The notes under the pieces were generated by a model. That model was not told where the DNA came from. It saw nothing but the letters and a program-made list of their open reading frames with translations, and made no database searches. Positions 62,676 through 64,000 of a stretch of DNA of 64,000 nt are shown here, one piece after another. How positions within the stretch are numbered: the stretch's first letter is position 1; each line of letters begins with the position of its first letter. This DNA is from Camelus dromedarius (lineage: Eukaryota). The translations under genes were made by a program, and so were the position numbers. The DNA lies in NCBI RefSeq assembly GCF_036321535.1, contig NC_087436.1:112470001-112534000 (forward strand), given 5' to 3'.

Positions 62676-63559
62676 CTTTGATGTGATAAAGCTGGGGCTG
62701 CAAGCCCTTGGGGCGCTGGGCGGGGTGTCCCACATAAGAGTGGACGTCCCTGATGTCAGTGAGGCGGGAAGGGGAAGATGCTGGAACGGGAAGTAGCTTG
62801 GAGGGCAGGCCTTACACTGGCAAGGAGCCGACCGACTGCTTCTCCATGGGCCCCGCTGTGGGGACCTGGACCCCAGAAGTAGGGAGAAGGGGTGCCAGGT
62901 GCTAAGGCTCAGCAGTGGCTACTGCCTGGGAAGAGGCTGAGCCAGGCACGGGACAGCTGCGGGTGACCTTTAGGGTTCTGAGAGCAGCCATGTTGGTGGC
63001 GGTGTCAGTGACTCTATTCATGTCCCTTTGGTGCTCTCCAATCCCCTATAAAACTGTGCTAAGCCATCCAGCCCAGTCTCAGCTGAGCTGGGGCAAATTG
63101 ATGGGTGTGTCTGTGTTCAGGGTTAGGTCAGAGAAGTAAAGGACTAGCAGGGGTGTGGTGACATCAGGCAGACTCCGAGGGAATGGGGAGTCTCACAGCC
63201 AAGACTGCCATGGCCCTCCCTGCCAGGGAACCTCCCCCCTGGCCACCAGCCTGGAGAATCAAAGTTAAGAATTTGATGAGGACACCTGTCAGGGAGGCAC
63301 AGTTACCGGGGTGATAAAACCCCTTCCCCATGCGTTTCCTTTCTGAAGACTAGTGTCCAAGGTTATGTGCCATGGGCCACATCAGGGTTGGGGGTTCCCA
63401 TAAGGGCAGGGGGAGCCAATAGGGGGTCAAGAGAATCTGTCTTAGAAAACCCAAGTTCAAATTCCAGGAGGATCAAGCTCAGAAGGTCAGGGCATGATTA
63501 GGGGGCAGATTACAGAGTTTAGGGTTTAGAAGCCTTCATCTGTATCTTCAAACCCCTGA

Positions 63560-63970
63560 CTTCATGTCCTTACACTGCACTGCAGCCACCAGGACCCTCG
63601 ATGTTGCATGAGCACGTGAAGCAGTCCTGCACCAGGGCCTTTGCACTGGCTGTTCTCCCTGGAACCCTCGGTCCACAGTTGTCCACTTAACTCTGGTCTC
63701 TGCTCCAGCATCACCTCCGAGAGCCATCTCTGAACACCCCATGGAAAATAGCTCTTTCTGTCCCCTATACGTTTTTTTTTTTTGACTTCATGGCACTATT
63801 CCTTAAATTGTATCCTACAGGATGTTTATTTATCATTGTCTGTTTGCCCTGGTAGAATGGAACCCCATGAAGACAGGAACTGTGCTTTGCTCAATATTGC
63901 CTCCCAAGGCTCTCTAACAGACCTGGCACATAGTAGATGCTCACTGAGTCTTTGCTGAGTGAACGGATTG
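63560..63970 (+). mobile_element. L2 3' remnant
   Basis: cagggcctttgcactggctgttc...tttatttatcattgtctg...agaatggaaccccatgaagacagg...cctggcacatagtagatgctca. Confidence 0.75.
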
Positions 63971-64000
63971 AAGGTGGTAAGTGCTGCTGAGCCGCCACTC

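Noticed and set aside
37000..64000. PROM1 exons expected from human synteny
   Set aside because: No prominin-like coding sequence seen; the gene probably starts beyond the window.

Overview
Mammalian genomic DNA, most likely a camelid (camel/alpaca), inferred from lineage-typical L1 3' ends and the lack of recognisable ruminant, pig, primate or rodent SINEs. Bases 1-~36,850 hold the 3' part of TAPT1 on the + strand. I traced 12 coding exons (equivalent to human exons 3-14) by hand; they splice into one open frame of 1362 nt (453 aa + stop) ending ...EIDRFTICGNRID*. Intron 5 is a U12-type (minor spliceosome) intron. The last exon appears to use an acceptor 12 nt downstream of the human one, removing the residues GLST. 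The rest (~37-64 kb) is intergenic and repeat-rich (L1, L2, MIR, Tigger/hAT, MaLR, ERVL), with six ERV1-type solo LTRs carrying 4-bp target-site duplications. I found no evidence of a new multi-gene system. The notable items are fine-scale: the splice-site shift, a short L1 3' transduction, an 18-bp minisatellite with mirror-ordered variants, an LTR extended past its polypurine tract, a micro-inverted transposon end, and a CpG-rich patch overlapping exon 13. Repeat family names and human/mouse comparisons are from memory and need database confirmation; boundaries of old repeats are approximate.
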